Positions 11,400-24,824 of a stretch of DNA of 64,000 bases are shown piece after piece. The notes under the pieces are model-generated. The model saw nothing but the letters and a program-made list of their open reading frames with translations, searched no databases and had not been told where the DNA came from. A program made the position numbers and the translations under genes. The stretch's first letter is position 1, and every line of letters starts with the position of its first letter. The DNA comes from Nageia nagi. Taxonomy: Eukaryota > Plantae > Pinophyta. The stretch spans positions 146,382,001 through 146,446,000 of the forward strand of contig JBITNC010000001.1 in assembly GCA_050084985.1 (NCBI GenBank), given 5' to 3'.

Positions 11400-14300
11400 A
11401 AAAAGTTAAGCTATAGTTGACACCTCATTTGGTAGTTTCTTAGTATTAAATTATTTTATTAGTCCATAGAGTTTTTCATTTATTCCAATTAACTATGACT
11501 CAATATTATATTATCAAGTTATGAATTCAATCCTTTTGTAGTAGTTCTTAACTATATTTCATTAGATTTTTAAACTATCTTTATAATAGTACCATAAATC
11601 TTACTTTAAAGAGATCTTTGGTCTAGTTAATATCAATGTTCTTTTTCTCTAAAGTTGATAAGACCTTGAAATTATTTTAAAATGTGATTTTCTTACAAAT
11701 ATAAGAAATATAATTTTATACCTTATTTTAATGTTTTAGATTTATTTCCTCACGATCAAAGTACTTTTGGTTCCCTCTCCAAATGCTTAGTTGACCCATA
11801 TGGGAGTTATTCCTAATTTAGACTTGATAAACTGTAAATTGAGGTTCTTGGCTTCTTTAACTCTTTAAAGTTTGTATCAATATATTACCTATTATTTTAC
11901 TTATTTCTAAGTCAAAATAAATTTATACATTTACTTAGAGGCTTTAGGCCTTATCTCTTCTATCATAATACCTCCTTAAAGACTCTATTTTATATCTAGA
12001 ATGCTATTGAAGAATTCATCATTCTAAATCACTAATTTCTATTGGTATTCCTCTATTTTCTAGTTAATATACATTATTTTTGTGTTCCTCTATGGCTTAA
12101 ATATTCTATCCCAAGGATTGTATGTTACTAATTCCTCTAATAAAACTGGATGACTCTTCATCCATAATCTATTTAGGGAATCCTTTCCTAACTAGAATAT
12201 TGATTCTTATGAATATAGATTTTTCATTGGCTTCATTACAAGTTATTTTTTTTAGGGATCAAAATATATATGTAAAAATCTTCCTCTATCCTCCCTAATT
12301 TATCCATGTGACTACTCTACTTATCCTTAATTTTCTTACCAAAATTTAGTTTTACTTATGCTTGTAATGGTTTTTCCTATTTAGTATTTTCTTCTAGCTT
12401 CCTCATTTAGTTTAAGTGGTTCTTGTCTCCTTATTGATATTTTTACTTGTTATTCTATATCAATTATTAGAATATTGTAAGCTACTACTTATTAGATATA
12501 ATTATATTTGAAAATTTCTTTATTTCTTTTTCAAATGGTTCATTTGAACATCAAATTTGAAAGGTTCTATATTACTTTAGTTTCCTTTTGTTAAGATTAT
12601 TATTATAAAATAAAGTATATTAATATTGTTTTTGAAGAGTTCATTATGTGTTGAAGTAGTTAATACATTAAGGACCTATATATCTAAACAAAGAAGATTG
12701 ATGTATGAAGTATACTCTCTTTCACTTAGACAAATAAATTATATTTGTATTAGATTATATAAAATACAATTTTCTAATTATGGAGTACTAATCATGTAAA
12801 TAGTTAGATTTTTTGTATGCAAGGGTAGTTATAGATTTTAATTTGAAGAAAATTGTCAACTTGTATTTGGATTTTGTAGTACTAACCATTACTATCTATG
12901 TATTACCATTATTTCATGTTTGGTCAAATCAACTTATCTTTATCTTTTATTTTTGCCATTAAAATATATTTTAATATTTCATGCAATTTATGTAATATAA
13001 TTTTCCATTTGTTGTCTTAAATATATATTATTAATTTTTAAATTCCTTATTGATTTACTATGATATATTAAAACATAGTGTCTCATGATTTTGGTAGGAG
13101 GATTTGTTGTAATCTATGATATTACTATTATTTGCATAGGGGGTCTACTTCTTTCAAACTATCTTAACAAAACATAATATTGCTTTCATCCTTTATAAAT
13201 TTTATTCCTTATATAAATATGATTCTTGATTATTGAATAACCTTGAATGGGTGGGTTTTTAAGAATACTTAGTGTATCACTTGATCACATATAATTTGTA
13301 TAAATTGATCAAATCATCATCTCCCTTTTTCTTTCATAATTTTCCATACCTTTTCTTCTACTAGAATACTATTTTAACATAATATTCTCCTTGTTGCATA
13401 ATCCTTATTTATTATTTAAGAGATATAATTTTTCCAATTAAATAAAATATAGTCTATTTTTATCTTCTATATTTTATCATAGATAGATCTTCGGAACAGT
13501 TTTGATAATATTAGTAATTTTGTTAGAAATCTTGAATATCGATAGAAAATAAAATCATAAATAATTAAGGGTAATACTAAAAAATTGTAACTTACTTACC
13601 ATACTCAAGATTACACCCTTTTAAAATACCAATTTTCTATTAATCCTATTTATTAGTTTGCTTAATGATTTTAATTTCATTAGACCTTGAAACAAGGCAA
13701 TTATAAGAAAACATGATTGTAGCTTCTCAATTATATAAGATATTTATTTTTTAATTTCTATTTTTCTAAATTTTTGAAGTAATGAAAAAAAATCTCTCTT
13801 TTTCTCTATATCGATTAGTTTTGTATAGGTTTCCTCATATTTTCTTAGTATATATCAATTAGTATTAGCTTTTGTAATATGTGACTACTCAAAAATGATG
13901 ATCTCTTCTAGATACTAGAAGGGATTGAACTCAATCATTCTATTTGTTAGTATGAGCCCACGAATTCCTTTTTATTCTTTTTTTCTCATAATAGTTTTTC
14001 TAAGCACTTTGAAGGTAGTGATAAAAAGAAGTGATGGAATAGAGTGACTTTCTATTATTAATTTAATAATTTGAAAATAACATATTAATATTTAACTTAT
14101 TATACTATATGATTTTTCATTTGATGGACATTTATTTATAGGATTCCTAACAAAATAATTTCAATATCTTATTTCTAAAGTACTAAGACACTATGTTATA
14201 CAACTTGCTAATATTTAGTTTTATGATGATTATAACTTTCTTATTCTTTATAGTATTATATATTATATCATGAATTATTATAATACCATGTAAAATTTAT

Positions 14301-15387
14301 ATTTCTATGAAGACATATTCCTAGTAATAATAGACTACTTTTAATAAGAATTCAAAGTCTTATTCCAATAAATTTAGAATTTTACAAGTAATATTGCAAA
14401 CTTTAACTTATGTAAGTTATTTTTTTACTTAATTCACTCTTGTACTCATTTTTATAAGAGTGACTAAAATATTATTCATCCATTATGTAATATATGCAAT
14501 ATCACTTGTACCTCTTATGTAGCCTCTACTAATTCATTGTTCACAATGTAAGTATTATTGGAAGAATCTAGCCTCCACTCATTTTCCTTTATTTTTTAAT
14601 TATTTTTTGTGGTCTTATTGTATGGTATGAAAAATATTATATTTCCCCCCTTATTTAACTTAATGAATATTTGACCTCTTTTGTAAATTTCCTTCTATTA
14701 TAGTATAGTTTAATACCACATTAGGATTATTATTCAACATGGATAGACTCATCTGGAAATATTTTCTTTATAATAAAATATTTCTAAAACTTTAAGATTC
14801 CATCTATTGGTCTTAATTTATAGTATCCTTGGTTTCTATGAGAGAATGAACATTCTTATTCCTATTACTGGAACCTATCATTCCATAATTTTATATTAAA
14901 TTATATCATTGATTTCCATCCACTTTAGTTTAAATATAATGAAATACCTCTTTCTCTATTAATTTTTCATAGTGATGAGAGGAGATGATTATGATTGTAT
15001 CCTATAGGGAGGGCTTGAACATTGATATGCCATATTCTTGAATGCCATTTTAGATTCATAGGAATTTCTTCTATTCCACCTTGGATACTAAAATATTTTA
15101 GTATTTTATTTGAGTATGTATGTTATGCTCCTTCAAGTTATATATTGATAAGATTATTAATATCCAATATACTTTCTATGATTTTATTATTTATTTAATA
15201 AAATACCATATCTTTATTCTTATTAAATATTTCTTATGAGATTAAATATTTATGGTATAAAAAAGACATTCCAAAAATATATATTAATAATAATATACTT
15301 TTTAGACTTTATAAAGTAAGTTTCTAATTATCTTATATTTTCTTAAGCTTTGATGATTGAAACTTATGTAACTCTTGCTTCAATTTC
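11400..15387 (-). other. Unidentified, heavily decayed coding-like sequence (continues at 21381-~21950 after the Copia-2 insertion)
   Basis: Strong purine skew on the minus strand and protein-like runs between stops, e.g. SIQGGIEEIPMNLKWHSRIWHINVQALPIGYNHNHLLSSL (~14970-15090). No family recognised. Confidence 0.35.
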
Positions 15388-18300
15388 TTTTTGAGAAAAG
15401 TTAAAATTGACCTATTCCATTAATGAAAAGGGTTTAAATATATTAGAGAACTAGGAGTTACATTCCCACAAAAATAACAAAAATACCAATAAATCCTAAT
15501 ATCAAAATATGTAACATGAGTATAAAGACACATGTATTTATTAAAGATATAGATACCTAAGGTATCTGCTACTATCTAATGTATTATTTCTAATATCCTC
15601 CCATAATACATTAGGTATTTAAAGGACATGAGAGGAAGCTCTAAAAGTATTCAAACATTGAACAACTATCAAGTGATTTGGTGAAGACATCTGTAATTTG
15701 ATCTTTTGTGAAAATGTAGAAGAGGTGAATATTTTGTAGTGAAACATGATAGTGAATGAAGTACACATGTTTTTCAATGTATTTTGTGCTCACAAAAAAG
15801 AAGGATTTCTAAGTAGTTTCAATACACCTTAATTATCATAATGCAAAATTATGCCTTGTGTTTGTAGAATTTAAATTTTTGTCAAAATATGATATAACCA
15901 TATTACCTCACAAATAGTGTCTTCTATAGCATGGTATTTCAACTTTGTGATAGACTTGGATGTGATGCTTTGATTCTTTATACCCCATGAAATTGGTATA
16001 GATCTAAGGGAGGAAACATATCCTATCATTGATCTTCTATCATCTAAGGATCCTCCATAATCTATATTGGTGTATCTAGATAAGATGAACTTATCATTCT
16101 TCATGTACTCAAGGTGATAATCATCAATGTCAGGGATGTACCTCAAAATATGGTTAATCATGGTCCAATGGGCCTTCTTTGGTTCATGTATAAATATTGA
16201 AACATAGCTAACCATATAGAAAATATTTGGCCTCATGTATGCTAGGTAAATTAACCTTTCAATCAAATGATAGTAGAGTTGTATTTACAGATGGAGAACA
16301 ATCATGATGTGAAAAATGTAAACTAGGTTCAAGTGGAATGGACATAAAGTCACATTCTATCATCATGAATTTTCTAATAGAAACATGGTGTACTTCATTT
16401 ATGGGATAAATATTCAGTTTGACATCTACGAGACCTCCAATCCAAGGTAATAGTGAAGTAAGCCAAGGCCAATCATTTTGAATGATCATTTGAGAACATA
16501 TTTACAACATAGGATTTACTCTTTAGTTCTTCTTGTGATAACCAAATCATCAACATAAACTACAACTATTATAATATTCCCCCATGTTGTCGAAGATAGA
16601 GGTTCAAATCATATAGACTTTTCTTGAAGTCATGTTCTAGTACATGGGAAAACATTTTCATTTTCTAGGCTTAAGGAGCCTATTTCAAACAATATAGATA
16701 CTTGATTAATCTACATATTTTTATTTTTCATAGGTAAATCAAAAATCCTTTAGGTTACTCCATGTAGAATTCTTCCTCTAAGTCCTCATTTAGGAAGGCA
16801 CTCTTCACATCCATTTAGTGCACTTTCTAGCCAATTATACTATCATTGCAAAGGTAATTCTAATGGTCTTCATTTTGGCTATGGGAGTAAAAGTCTCCTC
16901 ATAGTAAATACCTTTATGTTGATCAAACCCTTTAGAAATGAGTTGGTCCTTGGGCTTATTGACTATACCATCAACTTTATACTTAGTTTTTAACACCCAT
17001 TTGTGTCTAATAGCCTTCTTCCTTGTTTGAAGATCTACAAACTTCCATGTGACATTTTTCATCAATACATCATATTCAACATGCATGGTAGACTTCTAAT
17101 ATGGTAGTGTAATAACTTCACAAAGCATTTCAAGTTCAAGTGTATTTATAATTGTACTCATTAGTACCATATTAACTTCTTCATGAGCCATACTTCATTT
17201 CCTTAATTTGGAAGTCAAAATATATGGTGAACTCAAGTTTGAATTTGGTAATATATTATAGTACCACTTAGGTCTTTGAGGTGGGAAATTTATAACTAGA
17301 GCTTCTATATCATCATATTCATCATCATAATTGACTATGGGGCCACATTCAAGTATAGGTACCTCTACAGGTGGAGTAGTTGAAGATTCATTAGTCTCAT
17401 CTCTGCTAATATAATTTGTTTGAGTAGTAGGATCCATGACTCTATAGGCTTTGGATTGACTATCATACTTAAGATAAATGAACATTTTTGTTTTATTTTT
17501 TATCAATATTCATCCTTTTCTCATTAGGAATATGCATGTATGTAGTAAAACCAAATACACAAAGATGTGAGATATATGGTCACTTTCTTGACTATGTTTT
17601 TTCAAGTGTCATACTATCAAGAGCTTTTCTGGATGGCCTATTCAATAGACACATGATAGTATTAATTACTTTAAACCAAAATGTCCCATCCATTTTTGCA
17701 TATTTCAACATGCTTCTTTTCATTTATATAATAGTTCAATTTCATATTTCATAAACTCCATTTTGTTGTTATCTATAGGATGTTGTTGACTCTCACCAAA
17801 TTTCATGACGCTTTAGGAGTGGAGAAAACTCATTGGATAAGTATTATCCTACTTGATATGAGTGAAGAACATGGATGTGATGAGAAGTTTTCTTCTTCAC
17901 AAGTATGTTGAATTCCTTGAAGTAGAAAAATGTCTAATCCTTTATATTTAGAAAATACACTAACATTTTTTAGAATAGTCATCAAAAAATAATAGGAAGT
18001 ATTTGGGGATAGATATTCTAGCGAGTATAGGACCACACATATCAATATGCATCATATAAATATGTTCTTTAGCATGATGTGTTCTATCATTGAATGGGAT
18101 TCTATGTTTTTTTCCTATTATGCAAGTAGAATGAACATTAGTAGGAGAAGTAAGATATGGAAGACCATGTACCATATCCTTCTTTTGCAAAGTGATTAGG
18201 TAGTTTGGATTCATACATTCTAACCTATAGTGCCCAAGAGTTGTAACATTTGTAACATGAACATTGAGTGCTTGAATTTTCAAATCTACAACATCAAGTA

Positions 18301-21300
18301 GAAACATTCTCCCAACTCCTTTTTCTTTTTCTACAATTCTACATCCTTTAGATTTATCATAAATGAAATAAACCTTTTCTCCACTTATAGTATCAAACTC
18401 CACCTTCATATTTTTTTCTAGCATCTAACTAACTGATAGGAGATTCTATGTAAGCTTTAGTATATATAAGACCTCTTTGAACTAATAGTTTTTCTTTCCA
18501 AGTTGGACATGAAAATCATCCTTGCCTTCAATTTCATATAGTGTCATTGCCCACTTGAACTTGACTAGGATTTGTATTATCATCTTAAAAAGAAAATCAA
18601 TCCTTTCAACTAGTCATATGTTTGGAAGCACCAAAATCAACATACGAAGTGGAAGAGACTAAAGGGTTCTCTTGATGAACAAAAGCAATTTCATTAACAT
18701 ATTTAGTCACCTAATCAAAAACATTTACAACATTACCTTCTTTTTATCTTTGTTGAGGTTATCTTTATTTAAACTCCACCTAATTTTGAGGGTTTTTTCC
18801 CTTTTTATTTTTTATTCTTATTGCTCAAAGAGCATTGAGGAAAAGAATTGTACCAACAATCCTGCAAATCATATTCTTTCTTTCCATAAATTATGGAACT
18901 TTTCTATTACTTTTCATTTGACTAGGAGGGATTTTTGTCTTTACCTTTCTATTGGAATGGTTTCTTGCCTTGTTGATTTGACATCATTGCTTTCTCCTTG
19001 TCATTCAAATTTGCATGGGAAGTTTCCTCTTGCTACAACATATTCACCAACTTTTTAAAGGTCAATTTCTAATCCAAGATATTCAAGATCATCATAAAGG
19101 TACAAAAAATCTTTGGGAGTGCTCTCAAAATAATATGTATCAAGCATATATCTTCCTTCTTTTCTCCTATTGCTTAAAGGGAGGCTCATAGTTCCAAAAT
19201 ATGGTGAAATAAATACAACATGATCTCTCCATTATTCAACTAAATATTGTGTAACTGGCCTTACCTAATTTTGATTCTTAGACTTGTAGACTTGTTACGA
19301 CTTCATCCATGCATCATTTACTTTGTGTAATCATAGATATGGGGTTGGACATTATTTGAGATGCTAAGTAGGATGATATCTAACACTTTATTGTTACAAT
19401 GATTAAATTTTTTCATCTTTACCAACAATTTATGGGCATATTTTGATGTCGCTAACAATTCCCCATAAATCTTCAAAGAGAAGGATTGCTTGAATCTTCA
19501 TCTTCCAAGTGGCATAATTTTCCCCTTTCAAAACTTGAGAGTCAGGGAAAAATATTTTGGGCACAATTTGGGTCATGTTTATTTTCTAATTTTGCTTCTT
19601 CAATCACCAATTAGTAAAAAATTGAAATCATTATGAAGTTTACAAAAACTTCTAATATTAATATGCCTCTAAGGATTTCTTCAAATAATATATATCTTAC
19701 ATGGTATGAGTTTGGCTTAAAACATGTAATAAATACATTCAATTTTTAATAATACACTTAAAAATATTTAAAGCAAAAGTTAAAATTAATTTTTAAGTTA
19801 CATTAGAGGGATTTGAATACTTGATCTCTTCTCCTAAAATTCGGTACTTGGCCATTACACCAATAACTCTTTGTTGAAGAATTAATGACTTGGTGTAGTT
19901 TTGAGTCCAATTTTTTCTTTCACATCCTTTTTTTAAAATTAATGTCCTTCATTAAATATTTTTACTCCTAAAAAAATATTTTTTTGGGAAATATTTCTTA
20001 ATGTTTGGGTAAATTAATTGTGTCCTCCTTTAATTTTAATATTAACTCTAAATATCTCCTCCAATAATATAACCTCCAAATTGGCTAGTAATTATATTAT
20101 CTCTTCAAATATTTTTATTATTTGCAAACCATAGTCTTCACCAAGAAAAATTAATATGTTTGCAAAAATTTAATATTACAAATCTGGATGCTAATTATAT
20201 AGGTTGAATTTATATATTATTTTGCAAATACTAAACTTTTTTTTATCTTCGAAGGTTGAGACTTAAGAATGCCAATTTAATTTTATAATTTCATTATTTG
20301 TGTTTAGGTGCTAGAGATTAATTAACCAAATGCAATTGATAGTAGGAGTATGTTTGAGGGATGATTCTTGCATAGAATATCTACAATGATAGATGTTGGA
20401 GTGAAATATGGATATGGCATGCACATGGGCTATATAGGCTAAGTCAGCATGAGCAAGCTACATTTTTAGCTGAGGGAAAGCAATATTTTGGCTATTGTAT
20501 GACTACAATTGGTACAAGGTAGCATTTGGTGTCTAGGAAAAGCTATACAAGTTATACAATAGTGTGGATGAATTATCAATAGCAAGAAGTGGAGAGACTC
20601 AATACATAATTTGTTTACTACAAATGTTGATACATACGGCTCTCTTTGCATGGGGATGGCAACAAATGGAAGTGGAATTTTCTATGCACATGGTAATATG
20701 AGATGAGGTTGGAGGGTAATTGTCACATGCATGGGCTATGGGCTATACAGGTATGAGGGGTCCATGATCAAACACACCAATACACACTACTCTTAACACA
20801 TCTTAGATCTAGTTTTCTTAGTAGAAAATAATAGTATTTGTACATAGGTTGGCTAGTATTCTATTGGAGCATGTAATACACATTTGCTTGCATAAATACA
20901 AATATAGACTATTCTCAATTCTCTTAAACTTTGGTATGATTTTCCATATTGTTTCAAGCAAAGCAAGCTGGTATATAAATTGACAACACCTCTAAACATT
21001 TTGCAAGGGTGTTTGATACTCTTTTGCAAATCTCTCTTAAAATTTCTATGGAATAACAAGAGTTATTGATTCCATTATTTTTCTATCTCTAATAATCTCA
21101 AAAGAAGATGGAGAAAAGAGAATTAACATAAAAAAATAAGGATCTTCACCATGGAGCTTTGATATCATATTTAAAAGAAGCCATAATTGACCTATTCCAT
21201 TACTAAGAAGGTTTCAAATATAGTAGAGAAGAGGGAGTTACATTCCCATAAAGATAATGTAATTACCCTTAAATCATAATATTAAAATATATAACATTAG

Positions 21301-21375
21301 TATAAAGAATAATGTATTTGTTAAATATATAGATACCTAAGTTATCTATTACTATCTAATGTATTATTTCTAATA
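15388..21375 (-). mobile_element. Degenerate full-length Ty1/Copia element with short (208 bp) LTRs
   Basis: LTRs at 15388-15595 and 21168-21375; TSD ATTTC at 15383-15387 and 21376-21380; decayed PBS GCTTTGATATCA at 21156-21167; PPT-like TCCTCCCA at 15596. ORF relics: RT/RNase H (15871-16266, 16835-17086), GAG-pre-integrase/integrase (17960-18424), protease YVDFGASKHMT (~18615-18650), gag to ~19580. Confidence 0.93.
19795..19870 (-). other. tRNA/SINE-head-like sequence within the Copia-2 leader
   Basis: Minus strand shows A-box-like TGGTGTAATGG and B-box-like GTATTCAAATCC at tRNA-like spacing. Confidence 0.45.
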
Positions 21376-22239
21376 ATTTCTACATAATTCATATTTCCAA
21401 ATTTGTGTCTTATTAGGCTCTCAAACTTTACAAAGTGCTATTTTATTTATTATATTTTTCAATACTTATGTTATATTCCTAAACAAAATAACTTGAGAGC
21501 ATTTTTTGTAGGTCATTTAGTATCATTATATTCAATAAAAATATTATTATTATCCCTAAAAGAGAATTTATTTATTATATTTTACTTCATTTTGTTAATT
21601 TTTATCCATTATTATTTATTGGATATTATTCTTTTGAGCGAATTTCTCTTATATTGATCCCTCCACTATGTTTAGAGATTTTTTTTAGCATTCTCTATTT
21701 GTAGTATAAATTCATTTTCTATTATTATTTTTTCTATCCTAAAAGATATATATTACTAACTCTTGTATTGGATCTTTCTCTTTTTATACTTAATTATCTT
21801 CATCTCAACTTATTGATTTAGTTATTCTTCTTTATTGACTAGTGGTTTATACATATGGGAACTTAAGCCTAATTCTACCAATAAGTATCCTTCAATATAT
21901 TTAATTTTATAGTTTTATATGTATCCTTTTAGGGGATTATTATAGTTATTTAATAACTTTTTAAATAGATATATATTTTCTTAGAAAAATAGAGGCTTGA
22001 ATATAGATACAAAAAATTAAGAATCAAAATAATAACCTAATATTATACACATGCTCCCATGTTTAAGGTTGATTGAGCAATTGTATCAAAAAGAAAATAA
22101 CAAACAAGAAAGCAAAATATTTTTGAAAGGTTTGGCAAAAAAAGCAAGTTCATAGCCAAGGTTGAACTCTTCAATAGTTGCCTTATCTATATTAATTAAT
22201 GGAAAATCATTTTATTCTTACTTCATTATCTTTATTAAA

Positions 22240-22899
22240 TATTAGGGGAGTATTCAAGGCATTTGTGTTCCTCCAAATTATGAAACCATCAAATACCACT
22301 AGTTCTTTAATGATCTACTATCTTGATTTCTAGACCCAATATATGGGAAGCAAATGTGTTAGATAAGATTTTTGATACTTATGAAATGGATTTAAATAAA
22401 AAAATAAATTATTAAAAATATATATATATTTTTTCTCAATAGCCCTAGCTTGGGATAATATTATATTAATGAAATTTTCAAAAGTAGAATTGATGTGCTA
22501 CCCTAAACCTATCTTGCTATGTTCTTGTTTGACAGAAGAATGAAGAAGGAATTTTGGAAAGGTATGATAAGTTATCTCAAAACTAAATTAGAAGAATTGA
22601 AGGGGTACATATTGACCATGGTAGTCAAATTTCAAGTAAAAAAATAAGTTCTCCAAAGTATTCCTATCAATATGGGTAGCATATTCAAGATCCATGCTTT
22701 GAGTGCCAATCAAATAGATAGTATGTACAAAGATTTTATATCCATATGAGAGTTGAATTTCAAAAAATTGATTAAACCTATTTTTGTATAATTAATTTAC
22801 AAGAAGAATAATGAATGAGGCATCGAGATAATAAAAATTGAATATGTATCAACCAAACTATGAGGATGAAGATAGCTTAGAAATTAGGATATAAAGAGG

Positions 22900-22960
<61 letters not shown>

Positions 22961-23900
22961 GGAGATAAATATATATACACATTGATAATAGTTTTCTAGG
23001 AGTTATTAATCCTAAAAAAGTATCTACTTTATGGAATGGCATGTTGGAAGTTAGAAACTCCATTTGGGAGAACTCTAAATAGGGAATTTGTAATGGAATG
23101 AAAGTATTTATTGAGAAGGATCTTTAAATCAATAACATCAAATTTTTCTAGTAGAATTAATGGTGAGATACAATGATCTAGAATATGAAAATTATTACAA
23201 ACAAAGTTAAAAAACAATGCTAGGATAGCAAGTAAAGAAGTTACTTGGTTCATTCCTTGGATCCTTTTGCTTAAAATTAAAGCTTAATTGAAACTACTTT
23301 GAAGGAAATTTGAAGGTTATTTTGTTTTAAAAATTTATAGCCTAATTTTTTATTCTAAAAATGTAGATATTTAATGTTAAAATTAGCTATTAATGACTCA
23401 ATATGAATGAAAAATATGGTAGAATAGGATCATGTACCCAAATATGGGCTAAGAACTTGATATCCAAAGTATCCTTCTTTTTATGGTTCTCAATAGAATC
23501 CATACCAATGATAATCTCTACAAGAAAGGTTTAATATTCCCTTACTAGTGTTTACTTTTATGATTAGTAGAATAATCAATAGATTATTTATTTATCAATT
23601 GCAAATTTACTAAATGCATATGGAATGAAATAGCTACAAAAATAGTCAATTAAATCCCAAGGTGTAAGATCAAGAGTTGTAGAAGAATTTATTGAGTATT
23701 GGGATATTGACTTTAGGATGAAAAGGTTGAGACTAATATAAAACATGTTATATCCCTATGTTTATTACAGTATTTAGAAGGAATATAATTATAGAATATT
23801 CAAGAGATGTAGATATTTTACTTAATAATTTCTACTTAGAGACCTTAAAAACAAAGTAGCTTAGAAGGGAGTAAGCCAACATGAAATCTCATGAATAACC
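22240..23900 (+). mobile_element. L1-type LINE ORF2 relic (RT C-terminus to zf-RVT)
   Basis: Decayed LKTKLEELKGYILTMVVKFQVKK*VLQSIPI (~22575-22670) and WAKNLISKVSFFLW...NRIHTNDNLYKKGLIFPY*CLL (~23445-23560). Confidence 0.8.
22901..22960. repeat. (TA)n microsatellite, imperfect
   Basis: About 30 TA units with two interruptions. Confidence 0.97.
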
Positions 23901-24199
23901 AAAAAGGTAACCTTGTCATGAAGATGGGAGATAGCATAAGGATTTATCTACTTAAATTGATTATCACACTTGCTTATTTATTATCCTCTTAATTTAGCAA
24001 CAAAACATTAGAGACTCACATGCTTAAGAAAATTTGCATAACATGATATCCATATTTGGAGTGTACTATATTTTATGAGCATAAAACTTATAAATATTGA
24101 TTATTGTAAGCAATATGGAATTATATACAAGGACATCAAGATGGAATTTGCATGTAGAATTGAGCCAAAATATTGTAGATAAGTCATGGAAGATGCTAA

Positions 24200-24760
24200 G
24201 TATTAAGAGATTTTGGAGAAAAGTGGGTTAAGGTAAATCATGAAACAATGTTGTGGCCATGATGAAGTTATTTCAAACAAGGTAATATATGGATAGAAGG
24301 ATGACTAGGATCACAAGGGCTTCACCAAAATACTACTTAACATGCATGTAATAGTAGAAGATATATTGCTTAGCTTGGAGGGTTTGTGGTTCTAGTATCA
24401 TAGAAAGGTGATATATTATGAAATCAATAAATTTATTTCTAAGGGAGAGAATTTACAAAAAGATAAGTTAGGATTATAGAGGATGATTCTTGGGGAGCCT
24501 TCGGACTACATGGAGTTTTGGGTCATAAGGCATTTTACTATTGATAGTCACTTATCCATGATTTTTTAATCCTTACCTAATTTTTCCTAATCACTTCCAA
24601 TGGAGGAATGACTAGAAGATCAACATCCATTTTTATCTTATTAACTTATTATAAAATTCAATTAAGAAGGTAAAAGGTGTGAGGGTTATGATACAAAAAT
24701 ATAAGGGCCTGATTGGATTGATGTACTATGTGGATTTGGTCTTTCAATCTAGGAGTGATC
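24200..24760 (+). pseudogene. Relic of a retrotransposon accessory ORF (putative plant transposon protein / Transposase_32-like)
   Basis: Decayed CGHDEVI..., RHFTIDSHLS..., NHFQWRND*KINIHFYLINLL*NSIKKVK...YKGLIGLMY. Resembles, from memory, extra ORFs of Athila/Tat-type elements. Confidence 0.5.
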
Positions 24761-24824
24761 ATATTCCATCCTAGGAGTTAGATTATGGTACTATGATTAA
24801 TCATGAGTGGGTGGGTCGATAATC

